Notes: generated by a model not told the origin, from the sequence alone. 64,000 nt of DNA from Caldisericaceae bacterium (GCA_049967855.1 JBMFRX010000001.1:96001-160000); one strand, 5' to 3'. Positions 9,945 to 19,326 are shown, counted from the stretch's first letter. Numbers and translations: made by a program.

Positions 9945-10531
9945 AAACAACCGTCAAATTTGTAGTTACTCTTGGTTTGATATGCGCCATAACTGGCGGC
10001 GCACTTGCGGTAGTTTACAGTATCACGAAGCCGATTATCGCTGTCCAGATGCAAAAGATTGTTCAAGAGGGCCTTACAAATGTTTTTCCAGGCAATTTCA
10101 CCTTCGAGAAGCTTGAGCAACCTTTAAAGTCCAAAGACCCATCTCTTACGATAGGAGATTGCTATACTGTGAAAAGTAGCGGGTCTACTGAGGGAGTTGT
10201 TGTTACTATAAGTAGCCCTGGAAGTCAGGGGCTTGTAACGATGCTTGTCGGTGTAAAGAAAGATGGCACAGTTAGTGGGGTTAGCATAACGGCAACTTCA
10301 GAGACGCCAGGACTTGGCGCAAATGCAGGTAACCCTAATTACTATGTTAACAAGCAAACAAAAACAACATTCCTCGGTCAATTTATAGGAAAAAGCGTAA
10401 ACGATCCTCTGGTGGTAAAGCAGGACATAGTAGCCATCACAGCAGCAACGATAACCTCAAAAGCAGTAACCGCTGGGATTAAAGAGGCACTTGATGTTGG
10501 CTATACTTATCTTAAGGAGGCGGGGAAATGA
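9941..10531 (+). CDS. rnfG: Rnf complex subunit G (FMN-binding)
   Basis: N-terminal TM, SETPGLG, ITAATITSKAV; operon position. Confidence 0.92.
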   Translation: MKTTVKFVVTLGLICAITGGALAVVYSITKPIIAVQMQKIVQEGLTNVFPGNFTFEKLEQPLKSKDPSLTIGDCYTVKSSGSTEGVVVTISSPGSQGLVTMLVGVKKDGTVSGVSITATSETPGLGANAGNPNYYVNKQTKTTFLGQFIGKSVNDPLVVKQDIVAITAATITSKAVTAGIKEALDVGYTYLKEAGK

Positions 10532-11136
10532 AAAAGAAAGCAAGTATTTTCTGGCAAGCCCTTATACCCAATAACCCTGTCTTGATAATCTCTATCGGAC
10601 TCTGTTCGGTTGTCGCAGTTTCTAATTCTGTGCAAAGCGCTCTACTTATGATTTTCGCCTTCGGCTTAGTCCAGATACCTTCAAACGTTATAGTTTCTGC
10701 TATGAGGAAAATTATTCCAAATGAAATCCGTGTACCTATCTTCGTAACAGTTATTGCTGCGTTTACTACAATCGCATCGCTTCTTTTGCAGGCATATTTC
10801 AGCGTTGTCTATGAAGCAATCAAACTGTACATTGCACTTGTTGTTGTTAATTGCATCATTATAGGAAGAGCCGAAGCTTTTGCTTATAAAAATGGCGTAC
10901 TTGATTCTTTTATTGATGGTGTAGGCAACACTATCGGTTACGGGCTTGTGCTTGTCTCGATTGCTATTGTAAGAGAGCTTCTTGGAAAAGGGACTCTTGC
11001 TGGCATTCAGATACTACCTGAAAGTTTTCAGCCTGCACTTATTATGGTTCTTCCGCCAGGAGGTTTCCTTATGATCGGTATTCTGATAGGAGCTCTTGAA
11101 ACCTACCTCAGAAATAAAAAGGAGGCAAAGAAATGA
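10528..11136 (+). CDS. rnfE: Rnf complex subunit E
   Basis: NNPVL..IGLC, VVNCIIIGRAEAFA, RELLG, LPPGGF. Confidence 0.95.
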   Translation: MKKKASIFWQALIPNNPVLIISIGLCSVVAVSNSVQSALLMIFAFGLVQIPSNVIVSAMRKIIPNEIRVPIFVTVIAAFTTIASLLLQAYFSVVYEAIKLYIALVVVNCIIIGRAEAFAYKNGVLDSFIDGVGNTIGYGLVLVSIAIVRELLGKGTLAGIQILPESFQPALIMVLPPGGFLMIGILIGALETYLRNKKEAKK

Positions 11137-11723
11137 CATACCTTGCGAACCTTGGGAAAATTTTCATAGCATCCACAGTAGTTAACAATATTGTTTTGAT
11201 TCAATTCCTTGCGCTTTGTTCCTATATTGGTCTTACCGATAATCTCAGCTCTGCAGTAGGAATGAGCTATGCAGTCATCTTTGTAACAGTCAGCTCAGGT
11301 ATTCTTACCTGGATTATTGACCACTGGATACTTATTCCGACAGGATTGCAGCCTGCCCTTCAGATCACAGCTTTTATTCTCGTGATAGGCTCATTTGTAG
11401 GGCTCGTTGAAATGTACCTTAAAAAGGCGTCTCCTAACCTTTACAAGGCAATGGGAATATACTTACCTTTGATTGCTACAAACTGTCTTATACTTGGAGT
11501 TACATTCATTAATTCAATGCATAATTACGACTTCATAGAGTCTGTTGTCTCTTCTTTTGGCGTACCCCTTGGATATATGCTTGCTATGATAATGCTTGCT
11601 GGAATCAGAGAGAGATTACGCAATTCAGACGTACCCCAGTTCTTTAAGGGTAAGGCTATTGCATTTATGGTTACTGGGATACTTGCTTTAGCGTTCCTAG
11701 GTTTTTCAGGAACGGTGAAGTAG
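11133..11723 (+). CDS. rnfA: Rnf complex subunit A
   Basis: NNIVLIQFLALC, GIYLPLIATNC, AGIRERL. Confidence 0.95.
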   Translation: MTYLANLGKIFIASTVVNNIVLIQFLALCSYIGLTDNLSSAVGMSYAVIFVTVSSGILTWIIDHWILIPTGLQPALQITAFILVIGSFVGLVEMYLKKASPNLYKAMGIYLPLIATNCLILGVTFINSMHNYDFIESVVSSFGVPLGYMLAMIMLAGIRERLRNSDVPQFFKGKAIAFMVTGILALAFLGFSGTVK

Positions 11724-11735
11724 AAGAGGTATGAT

Positions 11736-12029
11736 ATGAAAGATATAATAATTTCGGTTTTAACTATTGGTGGTTTTGGAGCTCTTTTTGGCTTGCTCCT
11801 TGGGATATTCAATGAGAAATTTAAGGTAGAGGAAGATCCTCTCGCTGTAGCGATTTACGAAGTCCTTCCACATGGAGAATGTGGTGCCTGTGGCTTTCCA
11901 GGTTGCTATCCGTGTGCCCAGGCGATTGCCGAAGGTAAGGCTCCTGTTACAGCATGTGTCGTAGGTGGAGATGAGACTGCTCAGAAAATCAAAAGTGTTC
12001 TGGATGAGTTTAAGGCAAAGGAAAGTTAA
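11736..12029 (+). CDS. rnfB: Rnf complex subunit B, short form (TM plus a single FeS domain)
   Basis: TM helix, KFKVEEDP, LP..ECGACGFPGC..CA...C.VGG; ends at 97 aa. Confidence 0.88.
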   Translation: MKDIIISVLTIGGFGALFGLLLGIFNEKFKVEEDPLAVAIYEVLPHGECGACGFPGCYPCAQAIAEGKAPVTACVVGGDETAQKIKSVLDEFKAKES

Positions 12030-12069
12030 TTTGAAATTTTATTAGTTGGTGGTATTATAAAAGTGGGGT

Positions 12070-15000
12070 ATGCTTAAAACAGAAATGGCTAAGAGAATAA
12101 AACTGGTTGTGTTTTTGATTGTTTTAGCAATTTTAATGAGCTTAAATGGAGTTGCTTACGGCAAGGCTTCTTTCAATGTAAGTGCCTCAAATAATCTTTC
12201 AGTTCCGTTTTATGGACCAGTCGATTTTAGCGTAAGCATCGAAAATGTCCCCGCTTCAACTCAGTTTGCTTTATTTGAGGGCAATTTGCAATTACCTCTT
12301 GAGTTTTTGTCACGCGACGGAAACACATTTAGATTCCGCACAATAGCAAGCTTTGCTGCTTCTGAAAAGAAAAGTCTTACTTTGGATTACGGGGATGATG
12401 TTTCAGCGAGTAGCGTAAGCCAATTACTCTGCCCCAGTTTCTTAGGCAATGTCTTTGTAGGAATTGGGAGCGGAAAGCTATACATTGTCCCTACGGAAGA
12501 TAACTCGGAGATAAAAGTTACAGACTCATCTGCAAGTGTAATTTACTCTGGAACTTTGAATGCTGGCGAGGAGAAGACTGTTTCTCTAAAAGACAACACA
12601 GTTTTTAAAATTGAAAGCAGCAAACCTGTTTTCGCTGAGGTCAGTTCTCTTCAGCCAAACTACGTAAGCAACAGCTCTGATGATGTTTCATCAGTTTATG
12701 GTGCTTATTTTAGACTATTTATTCCGAAGGAGATTTTTGTTTCTTCTGTGGAAGCGACTTCTCTTAAGATTGTTAATGACGAAGGTAAATCTATATATGA
12801 TGGTAAACTTTCTGAAAGAGGCGTATATGTCAATTTAAACCTTAATAGTGGCATTTATACAATTTCATCTGAAAAACCTGTGCTTGTACAATTTGGCTAC
12901 TCCGACGACAACATATACACCCTCAGCTACGGAGCTACTTCTTCTTTAAAGCTTTTCTCTTTTGGAGATATTGTTGTTTCTTCTCTGTATCCTGATACAT
13001 TGGTTACCGTAAAAACTGTTTCAGGCTCAAAGTCGCTCACTCTCAAAACCCCAGGCGATTTTTATCAATCGAATATAATCAGTAGTTTTGCTTCATCCAA
13101 AACTGAATATGCGCCCGTATATTTGACATATTCTAAACCGGTTATAATTTACACTGATGCCGACTTTGGCAATATTGGAGGGGAGCAGATTCCTTCATTA
13201 GAAGGAGATAACAAGAATTTTATTTTTAGAACTGGCAAAGTCTACAATTTTGAAAACGTCAAAAGATATAGACAGGTGGCAGTCATTGCAAAAGACGATG
13301 GAACAGAAGTCGAATTCAACGGCACTAAGTTTCAACTTAACGCTTTGGGCCTTAAAACATTTTCTTTCTATGATAGTTATTCGTTAGTGGAGATTAAGTC
13401 TAATAAAGCTATTTCCGTCTTTGAAACTGGATTAGGAACTGACAAAGAATTCCTGTCAATGCTTGTTCCGTTGCAGAGCAACAATGTGATATCAGCAGTT
13501 GTAACTGCAGGCAACAGCAACCAGAACTCTCAAGGGAATTCAACTTCAAATCCCACAAATCCTTCGAGCACTCCGAAGAGTAACTTCTTCAATGACGTAA
13601 TCAACAAAGTTGGGTCGTTTTTTGCCGGGTTATGGGGAACGGTCACGAAGGGAAACTGGATAAACGATATAAAGATTGCGGTAACTAATTCCTGGAATTC
13701 CGCTAAGCCATTATTCAATAATCTTTCTGTAAGAATAATAGTATTTTTCCTTCCATTGTCTAATCTACTGCTCCCTTATTTGCAGAAGGTTTTACCTTCG
13801 GTTACAGCTGAGCAACTTTCTGCATACATCTTTTTTGCAATCCTGTTGATTCTGATTTTATTGGTTATTCCGAAAGGAAGAAAGAAAAGAAAACCCATCC
13901 CCACTGTCTCTATAGGCGAAGTGAAAAAAAAGAGTCTTGATTTTAACGTAAAGACTCTTGAGGAAAAACAACTGTCTGGCAGTGAGACAACTTTTGAAGA
14001 GCAACCAATTACAATATCGAGAAAAGCTCAGAAAGAAGAACCTTCAACGATAGAAGCAAAAAAGGAAGAAGCTGGCAATTTGGCACCTTCAGTAATAGAG
14101 GCTCCTCACAAGCTTGAATTACCCAAGAAAGAGGAAGCAGAGCTCAAACTGCCTACTCTGAAAAAAGCGCAGAAAAAGCCTCTTTTTGGAAGAAAAACCG
14201 AAGAACCTTCTAAGGAAGCGATTGAGATTCCACCTGCCGAGGTTAACATAGTTAAAGAACCTGAGGCAAAAGAAACGCGAGGAGAAGTATTAGAGCAGAA
14301 AGAATCAATTCAAGCTGTTGAAGAGAAGAATGCTCCAGAAACTGAAGTTTCAGAGACCACTGCCAGTTTTGCTGACTTTGGGCAACCTCCAGAAGAAGCT
14401 TTAATAAAGGCAAAAGAAGAGGGCATTTTAGCTCCTGAAGAAGGCGGGAAAGTAAATATAGTGAAAACAGAGCCTGCTGTTGAAACACCTGCTGAAACTA
14501 AGGAAGAATCATCTTTCTTGAACAAGCTCAAGGAAACGATTGCTAAGGAGGAGTTAGGCGCCAACGCAAAACCAGAACAGCTTGAGGAACAAGTACCAGT
14601 AAAGCCGGAAGAGAAATTGCAGGAAGAGACTGTTGGTGGAGAAGTACGTGAAGAGAGCGAGCAGCCTGCTCCAGCTCCGCAAGCACCTGAAGAACCGTCC
14701 ACTATGGACGTACTGTTAAAGAAGATACAAAGCCAAACTGGCAAGACACCTCCTTCAGACCTCATTACAGTAAGAGAAGAGCGCACTGAGAAGGCTCCTG
14801 AAACTCCTAAGCAGGAGAGAGTAGTCACTCAATCAAATAAGAGGGTAGTTGATAGAAATTTCGTTGCGGATACTGAATCAGTTTTGAGTATTCTGAATTC
14901 AACGCTTTACGATGAAGACGAGAAGAAATCAATTGTGAGAAGAATTTATGTTTCTGCTCAGTCAAAAATCACCTTATCTGAAAAGCTTCCTCCTAATTTC

Positions 15001-15204
15001 ACTATTGGAGTAATTGCTCTTACGCCAATAGAACAGAGAATAGCTGAGGATATAGGAAAAAGGATAAGAGGAAAAACAACAACTGGAGAAGCCCTTCTTA
15101 TTGCTAAAAAGATTAGAATAAACGATGTTGTTGTAAGTGATAACCCGTCAATAACTACTTACCAGGGTATCATAATAAGTAGTATAGATCAGGTTCTCCA
15201 ATAG
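12070..15204 (+). CDS. large single-pass membrane protein: IgGFc-binding-like ectodomain, TM, acidic disordered linker, C-terminal PIN-like domain
   Basis: Signal peptide; repeated beta-rich units (IVPTEDNSEIKV..IESSKPV; VIAKDDGTEVEFNG..IKSNKAISV); TM followed by KGRKKRK; E/K/P-rich region; C-terminal VADT..GEALLIA..VVSDN. Domain names are by eye. Confidence 0.6.
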   Translation: MLKTEMAKRIKLVVFLIVLAILMSLNGVAYGKASFNVSASNNLSVPFYGPVDFSVSIENVPASTQFALFEGNLQLPLEFLSRDGNTFRFRTIASFAASEKKSLTLDYGDDVSASSVSQLLCPSFLGNVFVGIGSGKLYIVPTEDNSEIKVTDSSASVIYSGTLNAGEEKTVSLKDNTVFKIESSKPVFAEVSSLQPNYVSNSSDDVSSVYGAYFRLFIPKEIFVSSVEATSLKIVNDEGKSIYDGKLSERGVYVNLNLNSGIYTISSEKPVLVQFGYSDDNIYTLSYGATSSLKLFSFGDIVVSSLYPDTLVTVKTVSGSKSLTLKTPGDFYQSNIISSFASSKTEYAPVYLTYSKPVIIYTDADFGNIGGEQIPSLEGDNKNFIFRTGKVYNFENVKRYRQVAVIAKDDGTEVEFNGTKFQLNALGLKTFSFYDSYSLVEIKSNKAISVFETGLGTDKEFLSMLVPLQSNNVISAVVTAGNSNQNSQGNSTSNPTNPSSTPKSNFFNDVINKVGSFFAGLWGTVTKGNWINDIKIAVTNSWNSAKPLFNNLSVRIIVFFLPLSNLLLPYLQKVLPSVTAEQLSAYIFFAILLILILLVIPKGRKKRKPIPTVSIGEVKKKSLDFNVKTLEEKQLSGSETTFEEQPITISRKAQKEEPSTIEAKKEEAGNLAPSVIEAPHKLELPKKEEAELKLPTLKKAQKKPLFGRKTEEPSKEAIEIPPAEVNIVKEPEAKETRGEVLEQKESIQAVEEKNAPETEVSETTASFADFGQPPEEALIKAKEEGILAPEEGGKVNIVKTEPAVETPAETKEESSFLNKLKETIAKEELGANAKPEQLEEQVPVKPEEKLQEETVGGEVREESEQPAPAPQAPEEPSTMDVLLKKIQSQTGKTPPSDLITVREERTEKAPETPKQERVVTQSNKRVVDRNFVADTESVLSILNSTLYDEDEKKSIVRRIYVSAQSKITLSEKLPPNFTIGVIALTPIEQRIAEDIGKRIRGKTTTGEALLIAKKIRINDVVVSDNPSITTYQGIIISSIDQVLQ

Positions 15205-15219
15205 GTTTACAAGTTTTAT

Positions 15220-16047
15220 TCACTTTGAATTCAAAAACTCGTACAACTTCCCAGAGGTTTCAAACGTATCTGAGCTTGCCCTGGCGATTATTATTGAGTT
15301 TTCTTGAGCTTTCTTGATAGTATCATAGGGAACATTATTGTCCTCGGTGACTATGATTATCGGTATTCGTTTTATCACCGCGACTCCTATTATGTTCAGG
15401 TTTGTTTGAACTGTGAGCCAGGCGCTTTCTTCTTTTCCTTTTGCAAGTACGTTGCTTAATAAATCCGATGCATAGGCAGATAGAACTTCTTGTTCAAGGT
15501 AAGCATCTGTATTTTCAGTAAGTACTTTAAGTTTCAATTTTTCAATAATCTCTTTCACTTTCATTTGTATCCTCCGTGGGTCTCTTACAACTTCCTTCCA
15601 TATCTCAAAAAAAACGTATGTTCCCTTCCCTTTAACCGATGAAATTAAGGAGAAGTCTGCAACTTTTTGAATATTCTTAAGTCCCATTCCTGCTCCAAAG
15701 CCTAGTTCGCGTGCCTGTTTTGAAGCAGTCGAATAGCCTGGTGTAAGCGCTAATAGCAGTGATTCAATACCTGGCCCAATGTCAATTGCAACTGTTTTCA
15801 GTTTTTCGCACAGCACCGTCGTCTTTAGAATCCCGAAGTGTGAATGGATAATTATGTTTGACTCCGCTTCATATGCGCATATTCCGAAACAACGTAAGTA
15901 GTCTTTCTTTTCTTTAAAGTCTCTATAGCATTCGTATGTCCTTATTATCTCCTCTATACTCTTTCTTGAGGCGAGTGTTGCATCACCCAGGTGGTCATAA
16001 TCAGAAGCCTTTACTGTGTATTCAATAAATGCTAGTTTGTTTTCCAA
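15220..16047 (-). CDS. RsbT-like anti-sigma Ser/Thr kinase (HATPase) fused to a DRTGG domain
   Basis: YEAESNIIIHS, DIGPGI, GYSTA..ARELGFGAGMGL.NI; C-terminal YASDLLSNVLA..WLTVQTNLNIIGVA. Confidence 0.85.
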   Translation of the reverse strand: MENKLAFIEYTVKASDYDHLGDATLASRKSIEEIIRTYECYRDFKEKKDYLRCFGICAYEAESNIIIHSHFGILKTTVLCEKLKTVAIDIGPGIESLLLALTPGYSTASKQARELGFGAGMGLKNIQKVADFSLISSVKGKGTYVFFEIWKEVVRDPRRIQMKVKEIIEKLKLKVLTENTDAYLEQEVLSAYASDLLSNVLAKGKEESAWLTVQTNLNIIGVAVIKRIPIIIVTEDNNVPYDTIKKAQENSIIIARASSDTFETSGKLYEFLNSK

Positions 16048-16397
16048 GGTGCCCCCTGGAGCCCTGCTTTGTAAAGCAAACCGCAGGTAACAAAGACTAT
16101 ATATTCTGTCCTTAGAATGATTATTCTTTCGCTTCTTGCAAAATCTATTGTTTCCTGTGGGATGAATTTTCCTCTCGCAATAAGAATCGCAGGGATGTCA
16201 AGTATCTTTGCAGTTTTTATTACAGAAGTATTGGTTACGCCTGTTATGAGAAGTACTGGCTCATCTTCTCTGCTGATTATAAAAAGGGTATCGCTTAACA
16301 GATCTGCAGCAAATGCATATTTTATATCGCAATCTATGTCTCCCTGGTCCTGCACAATGCTACCGTTTACAATACTTACTATTTCCTCTATTTTCAT
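16032..16397 (-). CDS. DRTGG domain protein
   Basis: MKIEEIV, AFAADLLSDTL, LLITGVTN, ARGK, CGLLY pattern. Confidence 0.85.
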   Translation of the reverse strand: MKIEEIVSIVNGSIVQDQGDIDCDIKYAFAADLLSDTLFIISREDEPVLLITGVTNTSVIKTAKILDIPAILIARGKFIPQETIDFARSERIIILRTEYIVFVTCGLLYKAGLQGAPWKTN

Positions 16398-16413
16398 ACT
16401 TGATCTCCTTAAC

Positions 16414-19326
16414 TTAGAAGTATTTTTTGCTCAAGTAGAATTGCTTCAAGTTTTCGTTTTTAAAATGTGCAACGACTTGTATTTTTAACTTCTGCAACTC
16501 GGACTCATATAAGGCAACATCATTCTCCTTTTTCAAAATTTGAGCGGCTCTTTTTAACATTTCAAGAGCTTCTCTCCTGAGTTCAAGTTGCACTTTGTCA
16601 AGATTAAATTTATTTAAATCGCTGTACATTAAAGAAATTTCATTGATGCTCTTTTTTGCAATAAAGAGTTCCGTTTTTCTAAGCAAAAGTTGTATTTGTT
16701 CAGCCTCAGTTAGTTGAAGTTTTTGCAATTTCAGGAAAATACTTAGAGCTTTGTCATATAAACCCATCCTCACATAGAGTTTTGCAAGCTCAAGAGTGGC
16801 AGTTTTCCATTCTCTTTCGGCACCAAGTCTCTTGAATATTTTTTGGGCGCTTTTAATGTTTGCTTCAGCTCTTTTCAAATCACCCGTCAGCAAGGTTGCC
16901 ATTCCTATGCCAAGAGCACAGTAACCAATGCCTATTTCGTTCTTGATTGCTTTGTCGATTTTGATTGACCCTTCATAATATTTCAGAGCATCGGCATAAT
17001 CTCCAATTGTAAGATATGTGTCTCCTATGTTGTAGTTTGCAATTGATTCACCGTATTCATTATAAAGCCTTTTGTATTCTTCAAGGGTTTCTTTGAACAT
17101 CTCAAGGCTTTCTTCAATACTCCCTGTCTCCTGTAAGGCAATAGCCATATTGTTCTTTATTGATGTTACTTTCTGTGGGTTGTTCTCCAAAGCAATTGTA
17201 AGGCCTGCTTTCAAGAAACGCAAACTCTCATTGTATTTGTGTTCCTCCAGCAGCAATATGCCTTTTATATTGTAATAGTTTGCAAGAGTTGCTTCATCGC
17301 AACCATCAACGTCGATTTCCTTAAATATCTCTTCTGCCTTGTTATGCTTGCCCTGGGCGTATTGAATCCAGCACATTGAAAGTTTTATTTCCACGGAGGC
17401 ATTCTTGCTGCATTTCTTTTTTAGGGCTGTGTCCAAAATCGCCAGAGATTTGCTGTAGTTTCCTGTTTCCTCATACGCATCTGCTAACTCCTTCAAGAGG
17501 TTGCAATCTTGACTGTTTCTTAGATATTTGTAAGATTCTTCATAAAACTCAATTGCCTCATTTCCTCTATCAATTTTTACCAACAGAGAAATTATTTTTC
17601 GTGCAATCTTGCCTGTAGGTGGGCCATCCTGTACGAGCCCATATATTCTTTTGTAAACTTCAACAGCAGTGAAATAAGACATATTTTTTTCCTCAAACTG
17701 AGCATATTTTGTAAGGTAAGAAATACTTTGCTTCAGCTCTCCCGCAAGCAAAAGATGGTTGGCGACATTTAAATATATCTTTTCGTCTCCTAGCTGCTTT
17801 TCAAGCAAAGCTATCTTTTTGTGCATTAAACGTTTCTGAACGCTTGATAACCTTTGAGTGAGATAGTCACGTACTATAGGATAAGTAAAAAAGATGTAAT
17901 CGTTTTCCTCTCTGAGAATGTTTTTTTCTAAAAGTGATTTGTACTGCACACTGTAGTTAAAACCAAGCTCATCAATTATTCTGTACACAGTAACGCTTGG
18001 AATTTTTTCTTCTTCGAGAGCCAACCATTCTAAGAGTTTTCTTTCGTCGGGTTCTACTGAATTTAAGATAAACTGTGCAATTGAGTCTGTGTTTGCTCTC
18101 ATAAAATCAAAAGTTTTTGACAAGGAAAGTCCGTCCTTTGTTCTAATGAGATTTTTATTTTTCACTAAAGTCTTTACTATGTAGTTTATTAAAAGGGGAA
18201 TGCCTCCGCTGTACTTGTAGACGGTCTCAACAAAATCGCTTGATATCTGCCCGGCTACAAGCAAATCCGAAAGCATAATCTTTGTTTCTTCGAGGTTTAG
18301 TGGCCGCAGCTCTACATTAAATAGATTGACGTTATTCTTAAATAGATGTCCGAATTTCTCCTGTGAGGAGCCCTTGTATATTCCAATTAGGAGAATTTTT
18401 TTATTTTTTATTTTTTCTAGAAATTTAGGTAAGAATTCCAATGAAACTGCATCAATGTAATTGATGTTCTGCAAGGAAATCAGTATAGGTTTCTTTGATG
18501 ACTCTTCAATCAACAATTCTGTAACTATGTTGAAAATAATATCCTCGAATTTTCCTAATTGTTTGAATTTGCTGAAACTATGGATTTTCTGATCAAATTG
18601 AGTTTGCATTTTCTCATTCATAAGATGTTTGAAGAATCCCATTGCTTCTTGCTCATCCTTTACGGTTAAAACGCTTTCTATCACCTCAAAACTCAAAAAT
18701 TTTGCTTGTTCAACAATTGTATTGGCAAAAAATTTCTTTCCAATCCCTTCTGAGCCAGATATAACAAGGAGGCTCCCTTTTGAGTTAAGGGAATCTTTCA
18801 ATTTTGAAAAAGCGAGTTTCTTTTCAATAGACCGACCTGCAAGCCTTGATTTTCCTTTTCTCTCTTCCAAAACTGTTACATTCCCTTGCATTTTGCCTTC
18901 ATACATTTTTTTATCAGCCTTATCTATCAATTTTGCAAAGGACGTGCCATCTTTTGGGAAAATTGCTATACCATAGCTAAAGTCTATTTTGAATGATGCA
19001 AACTCAGTTGAATTTGTCTTTGACAGAAAACGGTTAACTATTTTTGTTGCATTTGTAAGAGAAGTTCTAGGTAAAATGATGATAAACTCGTCTCCGCCAA
19101 ACCTTCCGACAATATCCTCGCTTCTAAAGGATTTATTTAAAAATGAGCCAAACTGGGCAAGCACGATATCCCCAGTACTGTGCCCATGAACGTCATTTAT
19201 GAGTTTGAAGTTATTTAGGTCGATAAAAACAAGGGCAAAAGGAGTCCTATGAGATATTAGTTTATCTACATATCCCTCAATCGCTTCTCGGGTTCTTACG
19301 TTGGTTAAAAAGTCATTTTCTCCCAT
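16414..19326 (-). CDS. diguanylate cyclase (GGDEF) - STAND/AAA-like ATPase - TPR protein
   Basis: IDLNNFKLINDVHGHSTGD, RSED I-site, RFGGDEF, ADKKMY; LAGR..E, GSEGIGK, LRPL, SGGIPL STAND motifs; C-terminal TPR repeats. Confidence 0.88.
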   Translation of the reverse strand: MGENDFLTNVRTREAIEGYVDKLISHRTPFALVFIDLNNFKLINDVHGHSTGDIVLAQFGSFLNKSFRSEDIVGRFGGDEFIIILPRTSLTNATKIVNRFLSKTNSTEFASFKIDFSYGIAIFPKDGTSFAKLIDKADKKMYEGKMQGNVTVLEERKGKSRLAGRSIEKKLAFSKLKDSLNSKGSLLVISGSEGIGKKFFANTIVEQAKFLSFEVIESVLTVKDEQEAMGFFKHLMNEKMQTQFDQKIHSFSKFKQLGKFEDIIFNIVTELLIEESSKKPILISLQNINYIDAVSLEFLPKFLEKIKNKKILLIGIYKGSSQEKFGHLFKNNVNLFNVELRPLNLEETKIMLSDLLVAGQISSDFVETVYKYSGGIPLLINYIVKTLVKNKNLIRTKDGLSLSKTFDFMRANTDSIAQFILNSVEPDERKLLEWLALEEEKIPSVTVYRIIDELGFNYSVQYKSLLEKNILREENDYIFFTYPIVRDYLTQRLSSVQKRLMHKKIALLEKQLGDEKIYLNVANHLLLAGELKQSISYLTKYAQFEEKNMSYFTAVEVYKRIYGLVQDGPPTGKIARKIISLLVKIDRGNEAIEFYEESYKYLRNSQDCNLLKELADAYEETGNYSKSLAILDTALKKKCSKNASVEIKLSMCWIQYAQGKHNKAEEIFKEIDVDGCDEATLANYYNIKGILLLEEHKYNESLRFLKAGLTIALENNPQKVTSIKNNMAIALQETGSIEESLEMFKETLEEYKRLYNEYGESIANYNIGDTYLTIGDYADALKYYEGSIKIDKAIKNEIGIGYCALGIGMATLLTGDLKRAEANIKSAQKIFKRLGAEREWKTATLELAKLYVRMGLYDKALSIFLKLQKLQLTEAEQIQLLLRKTELFIAKKSINEISLMYSDLNKFNLDKVQLELRREALEMLKRAAQILKKENDVALYESELQKLKIQVVAHFKNENLKQFYLSKKYF

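Noticed and set aside
13980..14830. Tandem repeat array in the large membrane protein gene
   Set aside because: Low-complexity E/K/P coding bias with only loose recurrences (for example VNIVK twice); no exact DNA repeats
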